A stretch of 58,121 nucleotides of DNA, the filler included, from Basidiobolus meristosporus CBS 931.73 (taxonomy: Eukaryota > Fungi > Basidiobolomycota): assembly GCA_002104905.1 (NCBI GenBank). It is 3 parts of 3 records of this genome, joined end to end, with 100 filler letters (N's around TTAATTAATTAA, not from the genome) between each part and the next. Parts side by side here need not be neighbours in the genome. Positions count along the whole stretch, not along the records: positions 24,212 to 41,264 come from MCFE01001105.1; 2 more parts are not named here. One strand, written 5' to 3'. Shown here in pieces: positions 28,454 through 39,082 of the stretch; the stretch's first letter is position 1, and every line of letters starts with the position of its first letter. Under the pieces are notes generated by a model. That model did not search any database. It saw nothing but the letters and a program-made list of their open reading frames with translations, and was not told where the DNA came from. A program made the position numbers and the translations under genes.

Positions 28454-29092
28454 TTATTTGGATCTTTTGGCCCTGCTTGTAAGAAGCTTTTGAGGAAACT
28501 GCTGGTTTTTAACCATTGCACCCTTGTTCTTCAGCCTTTGATAGTTTCTGCAATTCTTGAGATACTTTCTTAGCATACCTATGCTGGCCCAAAGCCTGTT
28601 TGCTTGTTTGAATCCAGGATAATGCTCATGAAACAAGTAAAGGGCATTCTGCTTGGCCTTGAGTTCCTGATGGTCCCAAGGTGTGCAGGCCCTAAGGTGT
28701 TGGCATGCTAGACTTCTAATGGCTTCATGAATATTAGCCCACTTTTCATCATTGCACTCAACAGCTTCATGGATCTTCAATGTCTTTTGATTTTTAGGCT
28801 TTGGTATAAACACCACATTTTCTTTTTCCCATGCTGTGATAGGTTTTTCTGTGGGCTTTATCTTTGGGTACTCTTGTTGGGCCTCAAAGACTGTACAGTG
28901 TTCCTCTGTTGTTACATTGGGAAATGTCCCAATTCTTGGCTGTAACATTGAGCTACTTGAGTTCTTTCTTTGCAGCAAAGATACTGCTTTCCCTGCCTTG
29001 GATATTGATTGCTCTACAACTTTTATCCACTCATCCTGTTTCTGGACTATTTCCTGATTTCTCTGAGCCATTGCATCTATCCTATCAGCCAC
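28454..29092 (-). CDS. Accessory ORF of the CMC element, divergent from the transposase
   Basis: 212-aa frame inside the TIRs with a coiled-coil N-terminus and PWDHQ..HYPGFKQANRLWASIGMLRKYLKNCR. Confidence 0.5.
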   Translation of the reverse strand: MADRIDAMAQRNQEIVQKQDEWIKVVEQSISKAGKAVSLLQRKNSSSSMLQPRIGTFPNVTTEEHCTVFEAQQEYPKIKPTEKPITAWEKENVVFIPKPKNQKTLKIHEAVECNDEKWANIHEAIRSLACQHLRACTPWDHQELKAKQNALYLFHEHYPGFKQANRLWASIGMLRKYLKNCRNYQRLKNKGAMVKNQQFPQKLLTSRAKRSK

Positions 29093-29537
29093 TGCACCTA
29101 ATCTTAGTCATGAAGCATGCAGACAGCATAGGAAGTACTACAAGGATCTTGGCCAGTGTTTTGCCACACAAGTCAAGTTTGACTATTCACCAGTCACTAT
29201 TCTACCAACAATATTGTGCTGTCCACTGGATATTTCTATAATGGCACCTAGAACAAACTGAGTCAGGTGAATATGTGAAGCCTTTAAGCTCACCCTAGCC
29301 TTCTGAATATGGCACACAGTGATAGCTCTGAAGAAGTAGGCTCACTGATGGATTGTGAGCCTATCTCTCCTAACAACAGTACCCTGCACAAGCCCAGGAA
29401 GAACCCCATTAGGAAATGAGACAACACCTGTCAAAAAAATGTTGAGGATACTTTATGGAGTCAAGTGAGCCCAGTTATTATCCAAAATCATCCTGGGATA
29501 CAAATTACCATGTATATGGCATAAATGGAAAACCATC

Positions 29538-31155
29538 ATGCAGCTGGCAACATATGACCCAGAGACTGTCCTGATACCAGCATGTGTTAACTGTTGCATG
29601 GCACTCACATCAGAAAATGCCACCATTGCAAGGTGTCCAACTTGTCAGGAATCCACCACTATTGTAGGAAAACATTGTTCACACTCCAGATATATTCCAG
29701 TGATACACAGTCTAAAGAAGCTCATGCAGTCCAACAACTATTGTGAAGCTATAGAGTACCACACTCAGTATCAATCAAGCACAAACATATCCAATATATT
29801 TGATGGCAAACATTGCAAATAGCTAAGAAGCAATGGTCTACTCTGAAGGTATGTATGACCATGCCATTACTTTGGTACTTGATGGATTCTCATTAAACAA
29901 GTACTCTACTAGCAAATCCTGCTGGCCATTGATTCTTATCAACCTAAATCTGGCACCTATCTTACGGTATCAGAGCAGAAATCTGATGGTAGTAGTCTCA
30001 CAGGTATCTGGGCCTAAATCATTGTCCAGCCTGGATAGCTACCTGTATCCATTGCTAGATGAATTTTATATGCTTTCCAGCCAGATAACAGTATATGGCC
30101 ATCATCTCAAAGTGCATATCATTATCTGCATTGGAGATACCCCAGTCATCAGCAAGATTGCCATCTTTTCTGGGCACAATGAATGGTATTGCTGTTAAAT
30201 GTGTGAGATTCAGGGGACTTACTCCATAACTCACACATATTATCATTGCCCAAACACCAACACTAAGAACATCATTTCCCCACACAGTGAGCATACAGGA
30301 GTCAGCATGCAATTGCAGCAAGGTTGGCCAGCTATATCTCTTTGACCAGAATATGTAATCAGTTGGAAACCAGATATGCTTAAGATAGAGGGTATCTGTT
30401 GGTCCAAAAGCTTTCCACTGGGAGCAATGCATTTGCTTTTCAGCAATATCCCTTTACTGATGACAAAGTTGTACATGGGGCATTTCAAGCTAAATGAGCC
30501 CTTTGAGATACTAGAGAAGTTTGAAAGAATTGGCAAGATAGTGTAGAGTATCTGCTACCCTAAGTACTTCTTATGGGCTCCAATCAACATTCATATGCAT
30601 ATGAAATAAAACAAGTGCAAAGACTGGATGAGCTGGATATGTACTTATTCAAGTGGCCTTCTGAAGCCATTTCTATCAAGAGTACATTGGAAGCATTGGG
30701 AGCCATATGTGGAAATTGTAGGAATATTTATTTGGAAGAGGATCACCAATGCCAACTTGATGCACCTACAGCTTTTGTGTGAGGAGTTTGTGACATGATT
30801 TAAGCAACTATGCTACAAACATAAAGCTGAATGCATAGATCTCTGCTACTACTGTATCCATTCTCCACTCCATCTTGCTTGGTGTGTTGAGAATATTGGG
30901 CCTTGCTTCACCTTTTGGGAGTTTCCTATGGAGCAAATGTGTGGAAAGATAGGAAGACAAGTCAAGTTGCAGGTACTATCATATCCCAATCTCATCAAGA
31001 ATGTTACCTTCAAGTCTGCCACAGATGTGTTGGGTTGGCACATGGAAGACAGCCAGGATGAGTTGGAAAATACTGAGGACAGATGTGTACATAGAGACAC
31101 CTATGCCTATGGCATTGAGAAGCTAAGCAGCCCCAATGTGTGGGTAATTAGCTAA
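29538..31155 (+). pseudogene. Tnp2/Transposase_21-type transposase with DUF4218-like region, disrupted
   Basis: ACVNCC..CPTC..YIPV..NIFDG; LVLDGF..CWPLILINLNL..GPK..YLYPLLDE..GDTP..GH; HSPLHL..IGP..WEFPMEQMCG. Multiple stops and frameshifts. Confidence 0.85.
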
Positions 31156-32344
31156 GTAATGCAAAGTTGGGTTGGGTGCAACAAACAACTAATTTTTGTT
31201 AAGAAAACTCTATTAAAGTACACCAGGTTGCTCTTGGTCACAAGCCAATTTTCACACCATTCAACACAGAATTCACACAAACAAGAGCCAGAGCCCATCT
31301 TAAGAGGGACTAGAATCCAGCAGGGAGAAGGAATATATTAGCTAAATACCAAAAAGTTCTTTGCAGATATTCAGAAGGAACTCATGGCAGAAGTGGCAGC
31401 AACCAAGCATATGTTTGCAAGATGTATATGTTATCAGCAATACACAGCATATAGCAGCTTTGCAAGTATCACACTAAAAAGCTATAAAGTAGAGGTGATA
31501 AAAGTATGTCAATTGCGGCAGGTGTGCATATTTGTAGAGGTTAGTAAACAGGAGGCCATAGTTTTTTTTGAATCAAACTATATGTAGAGTACCCAAGGTA
31601 GTAGTGGGTAAGCAAATAAAGAGGGGTGATTCTACAGTGGAATATAAGAATTGCACAAGGGGAGGTAGAAAAAGAATATATCATTTGGTAAATTGGTACA
31701 GTAGCATTATACAGAACTAGCTAAAGGCCACCATAATGCTGTGATAATACCCTTAGAGGCTGGTGGTGGGGCTGTCAAAACACTATGAATTTTTTTGCCA
31801 TAAATGGCAATTGGATATACTGGCTGGTTAGATCCACTGAAATAGTTGTAGAGTGCACTAAGACCAAAACAATGCCATGGCACACCTGGCAAAACACCAT
31901 CTAAGTAATGTAATATCTGAACTTTATTTGGCTGTAAAATTGGCCAAATGCCATCATGATCCTGTTATAAGATTGTGTAGAGGGTCATTTATTCCAAGCT
32001 GCTGGTACTTTTATGGTCTCCTGACAGGATTGTGACAGCTGCTCCAAATTGGATCCACCCACAGGACCAAATTATTTTTCATAGGGTTTCCCTTTACTGA
32101 AAAGGCGGTTGGATCTAAATACAAAGACATGAAGGTTAAGATAGAGTTGCTGCTGCAATAAAGAGGCCTTTGGGGTATTATCATGGAAGTATACTGCCTT
32201 ACTAGAGGTCTAGTAGAAGTGCACCATGCTTACCAAAAGAAAATACAAAGTAACCTGGACTCCAGCTGTTTGAATGCAAAGACAAGCTTATAACTCAGCT
32301 TTCAAGAGCTAAAACAGCAAAGAATGCCTTGAAGACCATGGAAG

Positions 32345-32760
32345 TGTTGTAAATTTTCTAAATGCACCTAAATGTTGACCCAACTTAGTTGCTTAGCTTA
32401 TTTACTGCAAATCTTGGTGAATTCTGACCAAATTTCTTGTCAGGGCCTACTTGTAGAGTTTCACCAAAATACCAGGTATCTAGAGCATGTATGCAAAGTC
32501 TGGGGAACTGGGCTTTCAGATGGCACCAAGTTCTCTTAATTTAGTTGATTTTGACCAAGCTGATATTTGTCTCCATTGTGGTAACTGCAGGTGGCAGTCT
32601 TTCATTTGTACTTGTTAAGTTCATCTTGAATAAACTTGAACTGGCTTAAGGTGATGAACTGGGCATATCTGTTTATTGAGAATTGTTTTCCTGGATAGTA
32701 ACTGATATCTCCTAGATCAGATATTTTGAACCCCTTAATATAGATGGTTTATGTAACAAC
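32345..32760. mobile_element. Rearranged Copia LTR fragment fused to an antisense RT fragment
   Basis: tgttgtaaattttc...tcaccaaaataccagg, then a switch to the opposite strand, then ttcagatggcaccaag matching 11730 onward. Confidence 0.7.
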
Positions 32761-33029
32761 TTTTTTAGATTGTATAATATTTTTATCTCTTAGAACACTT
32801 TTTTAAAAAGGCTTTTTCTCAGATAATAATATGGTTCAAGCTTTTTCCAAACTAAGCTTTTATGACTTGAAAAGCTCTTACAAATTTGATATTTGATGTT
32901 TAATATTTGAATTTTAAATTTGGACTTTAATAATTAATATTTAAATATGGCTTTTAAATTTAGTTTGGAAAAAAGTCTTTACAAATTATTTAAAGCAAGT
33001 CAAGCCATTTGTTTAAGCTTCTGAAACAA

Positions 33030-33720
33030 ATTTTATACAATGTCGGCAGATTTGTATATTTACATCTCTTTAATTTGGTAGATACAACCCAACTTTGTAA
33101 ATTGTTAAAGCTACAATAGTTTGCATCCTGTTGTTGAATTTGTATAGTGCCACAGTGGTCATATCTTTATAAATTCCCTAATCCAGCAACTACAACTTGA
33201 CCTTGTGGATTGTTAAAAATACAAAAAATTGCTTCTTGTTGCCAAATTTATATAGTGTCATTGCATTTGTATTTTGAGAATTCCCTAATCCAGTATTTGC
33301 AACTGGGGATTGTAAAAATCTAAATATATAATTATTTACACCCTGTAACCAATCTTGTATAGTGCCACCTCATATGTATCTTTATCAACTCCCCAATCCA
33401 GTACCCCCAACCCAACTTTGTAAATTGTCAAGGATACAGTTATTTGCTCCTTGTTACCAATTTTGTAAAGTGCCACCGCATTTATATATTTATAAATTTC
33501 CTAATCTGGTAACTACAACACACCTTTGCAAATTGTTAAACAATTATTTGCTCCTTGTTGCCAAGTGTACAGTGCTACCGCATTTGTATCATAAGAATTC
33601 TCCAATAGAGTAACTGCAACCCAACTATGTAAATTGCTAAAGATGCAATAATTTGCTTCTTGTTACCTATTTTGTATAGTGTCACCACATTTGTACCTTA
33701 AAAAATTCTCTGATCCAGTA
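33030..33720. repeat. Degenerate tandem array, ~107-bp unit, ~6.5 copies
   Basis: AGTG(C/T)-type anchors at 33039, 33146, 33254, 33361, 33469, 33571 and 33678. Confidence 0.85.
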
Positions 33721-34030
33721 GACTTGTTCCGTTGGATAGTGCCACATTGAGCCATGAGTGCCAAATGATGCCATAGTATACCAGAGAGGCCAAGTGAGCC
33801 CATACTTGGCCACAGAGTGTGATTCATAGATCTGCATCTTCATGCAAAGCATCCCCTGTGTTTTACCTATGATGCAGGAGAAAATCCATTTTTTGACATT
33901 TTTTTGTGGATCAATATTGTGCAGGATGTGCAAGAGCACTAAAGGATTGAAGATATACATCTAGTACTCAATACCCATGGCACTCTGAATCTAGCTCCTG
34001 TGGCTTGTAACATGTCATAAAAATGCATGG

Positions 34031-34142
34031 CACTATCTTGGTCCACTGGCACTATCCGGCACTATATTTAAATATTAGCCCTAAAGTAAGATCAATACCA
34101 AGCACTTATAGTGCCAGATAGTACCAGTGGACCAAGATGGTG
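34031..34142. repeat. Inverted repeat, 36-bp arms (33/36 match), 40-nt spacer
   Basis: cactatcttggtccactggcactatccggcactata (34031-34066) vs tatagtgccagatagtaccagtggaccaagatggtg (34107-34142). Confidence 0.9.
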
Positions 34143-37100
34143 TTGTAAAAATTTGTATTTCCACCTAAATATTCACCTAACTTAGTCAATTAGATCATCA
34201 CCTTCAAATCCTAGAGAATACTGACCAAATTCCTTGTCGGGATTTACTTAGAATATTTTCACCAAAATACCAGGTACCCAGAACATGCAAATTCTCAAAG
34301 TTGTCCAAACAGCCCCAAGCTTTGCACACATGTTCTTGGGACCTTCCTTAACCTATTCTACATGTTTGTAATGCCAAGACCAGGTAAAAGTATAAATACT
34401 ACTTTTACATTCAATAAATCATTAAGTGAAAACCACATAATCTACTTGTTCTCCAAATCACTTCCAATATCTCCAAGACTCTTACAACAGGTTATGAGCT
34501 CCAAGCTGTGACTCTCTGCAATGTCTACCACTGCTATTACTGGAATTTTTCCCTCTGCTGAAAAGTTGGATGGATCTAACTACCAAGTGTGGAAGGTGAA
34601 GATGAAGATGCTGCTACAAGAAAGAGGCCTTTGGGATATTGTCATGGGAGAAGAATGCCCTCCTAAAAACGTGGGAGAGGAAGCCTTAAAGTACCAGAAG
34701 AAAGAACAAAGTGCCTTTAATTGCATTTGCCTTAATGTCAAGGACAAATTGCTAATTCAATGCTCAAGAGCAAAAACGGCAAAGAATGCCTGGAAAGCAT
34801 TAGAGGACACCTACCAGTCATGTTCAGCTGCTAAGAAGATGTATCTGAGACGAAAATTCTTTACTACAAAGATGCTGCCAGGAGAAGAAATGAAAAATCT
34901 AATTAAAAGAATTACCCTGCTGGTATACAAGATGGAATCTGTGGGCACACCAACTACTGATGAGGATGTGATAGTTACCATCCTGAATAGCCTGACAGAC
35001 AAGTTTCAGGGCCTTGTATCAGCCCTAGAGTCCAGAACTGAAGATTTGACCTTAAATTACGTATATGGAAGGCTCCTGGATGAAGAACTAAGAAAATCAA
35101 GCGCCAATAAGAAGGAAGAAGAAAATGCTTTAATAAGCAATGATAACCAACAAAGGAGGTACCCAAGACCCTACAAAGGCAATAGCAACCTGTTTTGTAA
35201 CTACTGCAAAAGGAAAGGACACACATCAGACTGGTGTCTCAAAAAGAAAGATAATCAGCAAAAGAAGCCTGAATATGGAAATGCTGCAACAACTGAAGAT
35301 AGATTATTCATATCTGCACTAAATATAACCACAAACAAGGATTCTCAGACGTGGTATATTGACTCTGGAGCATCTCAACACTTTACACACCAAAAAGAAC
35401 TTTTTACCCAATATCAAGAAATTCCAATTAAGAAGGTTTTCATGGGTGACAATAGAACACTTGATTCAGTGGGAGAAGGAACTATCCAAGTAAGCCTTAG
35501 AAGCAGTGAAGGAAGCCATACACTGACCTTTAAAGAAGTACTCTATGTACCAGAAATAGCTAAGAACCTACTCTTTGTAAGCTAGGCCACAGCAGAAGGA
35601 CTCAGTTTCAGTTTTGACAATTCTGGATGAAGGATCACTGATCAAAATGGTGCCCATATTGCTTTGGGCATCAGAGATCAAAATCTATACAAGTTGACTT
35701 ATATTCCATCATATCTGGAAGCCAATATAAGTAACTTAAATGAAGAAACACCAATGCTTCGGCACAGGAGATTTGGGCACATCAATTTTGATTATTTGCG
35801 TAAAATGATCAAAGATCAGCTAATTTCTGGAGTGAAAATTGTTCCCCCAGCTAATTTGGAAACTGTGAAGTCTGCATATATGGGAAACAAGCCAGACAAC
35901 CGTTCAAGAGCTCTGGGTTAATCAAAACTAAGAAAAAATTAGATCTAATTCACTCAGATCTGTGTGGACCTATGCAAAATTTATCCTTAGGCAGGATAAA
36001 GTATTTAATCACTTTTATTGATGATTATACAAGATACACATGGGTCTACTTCATGGAGAGAAAGGAAGAAGCTCTGTCTAAGTTCAGGGAGTTTAAAGCC
36101 ATGGTGGAGAGAGAAACTGGTGAAAAAATCAAGAAAATATGCTCTGACAATGGTGGAGAATATACCTCAAAACTCTTCATCCACTTCTGCAAAATTCATG
36201 GGATAAAGCAAGAGACTACTGTACCATACTCCCTGCAGCAAAATGGAGTAGCAGAACAAGCTAATAGATCAATAATTGATATGGCAAGATCTATGATCCA
36301 TGATCAAAAATTATCCTATGATTTTTGGCCAGAATCAGTTACCACTGTTGTATATCTCAAAAATAGGAGTTATAACAGAATACTTCGTGATTCTACTCCA
36401 TTTGATGCATGGTATGGATATAGACCAAGTGCAGAACATCTAAGAATATTTGGGTGTACAGCATATGCCAAAAAACTGGCCGGAAATCAGTCAAAATTCG
36501 AGCCAAAAAGTGTAAAATGCATATTTTTGGGCTACTGCAATGAGAGTAAGGCATACAGACTCTACAATAGCAAAGCAAAGAAGCTTATCAAGTCCAGGGA
36601 CGTGTTGTTTGATGAAAATTCAAAATTTTCACAAAAAATGACATCAGATGATGACAAAAACTTGATCTCAAGTCCACCAATTGTCAGGATTGAATCAGAG
36701 CAAGACAATGAAAATTTTTTCACTCCAGAGGACTCTACAACCGTGGTTCAGCCAGAATCAGTGCCCAGGAATATCCCAGAAGTGATCATTCCAGTATCAA
36801 ATGCCCGGAGATCCAATTGGACAAGAAATAGCCCAAATTACTATATTAATGAGGGTACAAACTTAGCCTATGCCTATTCAGTCCATATTGATGAACCCCA
36901 GACTGTAAAAGAGGCCCTAAATAGCCCTCAGACAAAGTTTTGGAGATCTGCAATGACTGAGGAATATCAGGCCCTAATGGAAAATCAAACTTGGGACTTG
37001 GTCAAATTACCAATCAACCAAAAATCAATTGGATGCAGATGGGTCTTCAAGACAAAATACAAGGCTGATGGTACAATTGAAAGATACAAAGCAAGACTTG

Positions 37101-38818
37101 TAGCCAAAGGATGCTCTCAAACAAAAGGACTTGACTATACTGAGACCTTTGCACCGGTAGCCAAGTTTAATTCCATCAGATTAATATTGGCTATTGCAGC
37201 CAAATATAAGTTTTTTATTCATCAAATGGATGTAAAAACTGCATTTTTGAATGGAGAACTTGATGAGGACGTGTATATGGACCAGCCTGATGGGTTTGTT
37301 GACCAAGATAACCCCCATTTGGTCTGCAAGCTTAAAAAGTCACTATATGGTCTCAAACAATCACCAAGAGCCTGGAATTGCAAGATAGATTCTTATTTGG
37401 AATCCTTGAGTTTCAAAAGAAGTAATGCTGACTATAGTATATACTATAAGCCAGATAGAGCAAATCCAGTTCTATTAGCTCTATATGTGGATGATCTTAT
37501 TATAGCCGCCAATAACCTAGAAACATTGGAAGAGACTAAATCCAGCCTATCTAAGGAGTTCAAGATGTCTGATTTAGGAGAACTTAGTTACTACTTAGGG
37601 ATTAAGTTCTCCATAGACAGAAGTACCCAGACTATTACCCTAAGCCAATCCAAGTATATTCAAGATATACTAAAGAAGTACAAAATGGAAGACTGTACAC
37701 TGGCAGCTACCCCAATGGAGACAAACCTTAACTTGGTCAAAACTCAACCAAATCAAGAGAGCTTGGTGCCATCTGAAAGCCCTGACTTTCCGTATCAATC
37801 TATGGTCGGCAGTCTGATGTATATCATGCTTGGAACACGTCCAGATATCTCATATTCAGTGGGAGTTGTCAGCCAACATAATCAGAATTATAGATCTGAT
37901 CATATTGCAGCAGTTAAGCGGATTTTTAGATACCTAAAAGGAACTGCTGATATCTGCTTAAGATACACTTATAAGGATTCAGAACAGGATTTTGTGGGAT
38001 ACTCTGATGCTGATTGGGGACGAAATTTGGAAGACAGAAGATCCACCACAGGATACACCTTTCTTTACTGTAAAGGAGCAATTTCATGGAATTCAAGAAA
38101 GCAACCAACCGTAGCACTTTCTACTACAGAGGCAGAGTATATGGCAGCCTGTGAAGCTACAAAAGAAGCAATGTGGTTAAGAAAGCTCCATACAGATTTA
38201 GGCCTATGTCAAAAAATGCCTATTACTTTATTTCAAGATAATCAAGGATGTATACAATTAGGTAGAAATCCAACTTTTCATGCTAGAACCAAGCACATAG
38301 ATATTAGACATCATTTCATACGTGAAGCTATAGAGAATAAATTAGTTAGCTTAGTTTACTGTCCTACAGATGAAATGATTGCAGACATATTTACCAAACC
38401 ATTAGCTAGAGGCAAGTTTGAATATCTCAGGTCAAAATTAGTCAGTATGAACATTTAGCTGAGTGGGAGTGTTGTAAAAATTCATAATTCCACCTAAATA
38501 TTCATCTAACTTAGTCACTTAGATCATCACCTTCAAATCCTAGAGAATACTGACCAAATTCCTTGTTGGGATTGACTTAGAATATTTTCACCAAAATGCC
38601 AGGTACCCAGAACATGAAAATTCTCAAAGTTGTCCAAACAGCCCCAAATTTTGCACACATGTTCTTGGGACCTTCCTTAACCTATTCTACGTGCTTGTAA
38701 TGCCAAGACCAGGTAAAAGTATAAATACTACTTCTACATTCAATAAATCATTAAATGAAGACCACATAATCTACTTGTTCTCCCAATCACTTCCAATACC
38801 TCCAAGACTCTTACAACA
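34141..38818 (+). mobile_element. Full-length but inactivated Copia copy 2
   Basis: LTRs 34141-34489 and 38470-38818 (349 bp, clearly diverged from each other), PBS GGTTATGAGCTCC. Stops at 35583 and ~35628, frameshift ~35865. Flanks GATGG/ATTAA do not match. Confidence 0.95.
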
Positions 38819-39082
38819 ATTAAAGCATTTTCTTCTTCCTTCTTATTGGCGCTTGATTTTCTTAACTCTTCATCCAGGAGCCTTCCATATATGTAATTTA
38901 AGGTCAAATCTTCAGTTCTGGACTCTAGGGCTGATACAAGGCCCTGAAACTTGTCTGTCAGGCTATTCAGGATGATAACTATCACATCCTCATCAGTAGT
39001 TGGTACACCCACAGATTCCATCTCATCTACCAGCAGGGTAATTCTGTTAATTAGATTTTTCATTTCTTCTCCTGGCAGCATC
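38819..39082 (-). mobile_element. Copia gag fragment bracketed by Copia-2 and the chromovirus LTR
   Basis: MLPGEEMKNLINRITLLVDEMES...KKEEENALI, nearly identical to 14376-14640. Confidence 0.9.

Larger units (their letters stand above)
27273..32086 (+). mobile_element. Full-length degenerate CMC/EnSpm (CACTA-like) DNA transposon, ~4.8 kb
   Basis: TIRs CCCTATGAAAAATTAT / ATTATTTTTCATAGGG, inverted subterminal motifs (cctgtcagaaggccat vs atggtctcctgacagg), apparent TSD TTTC, and a transposase relic inside. Confidence 0.85.
26915..32344 (+). mobile_element. Old Copia 5' end (LTR 26915-27210, PBS 27211, gag 27240-27272 and 32087-32344), split by the CMC transposon
   Basis: TGTTGTAAG start, GGTTAAGAGCCCC decayed PBS. 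ctattactggagtttttc and tttccctttactgaaaagg rejoin to the gag start TGIFPSAEK. Confidence 0.8.
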
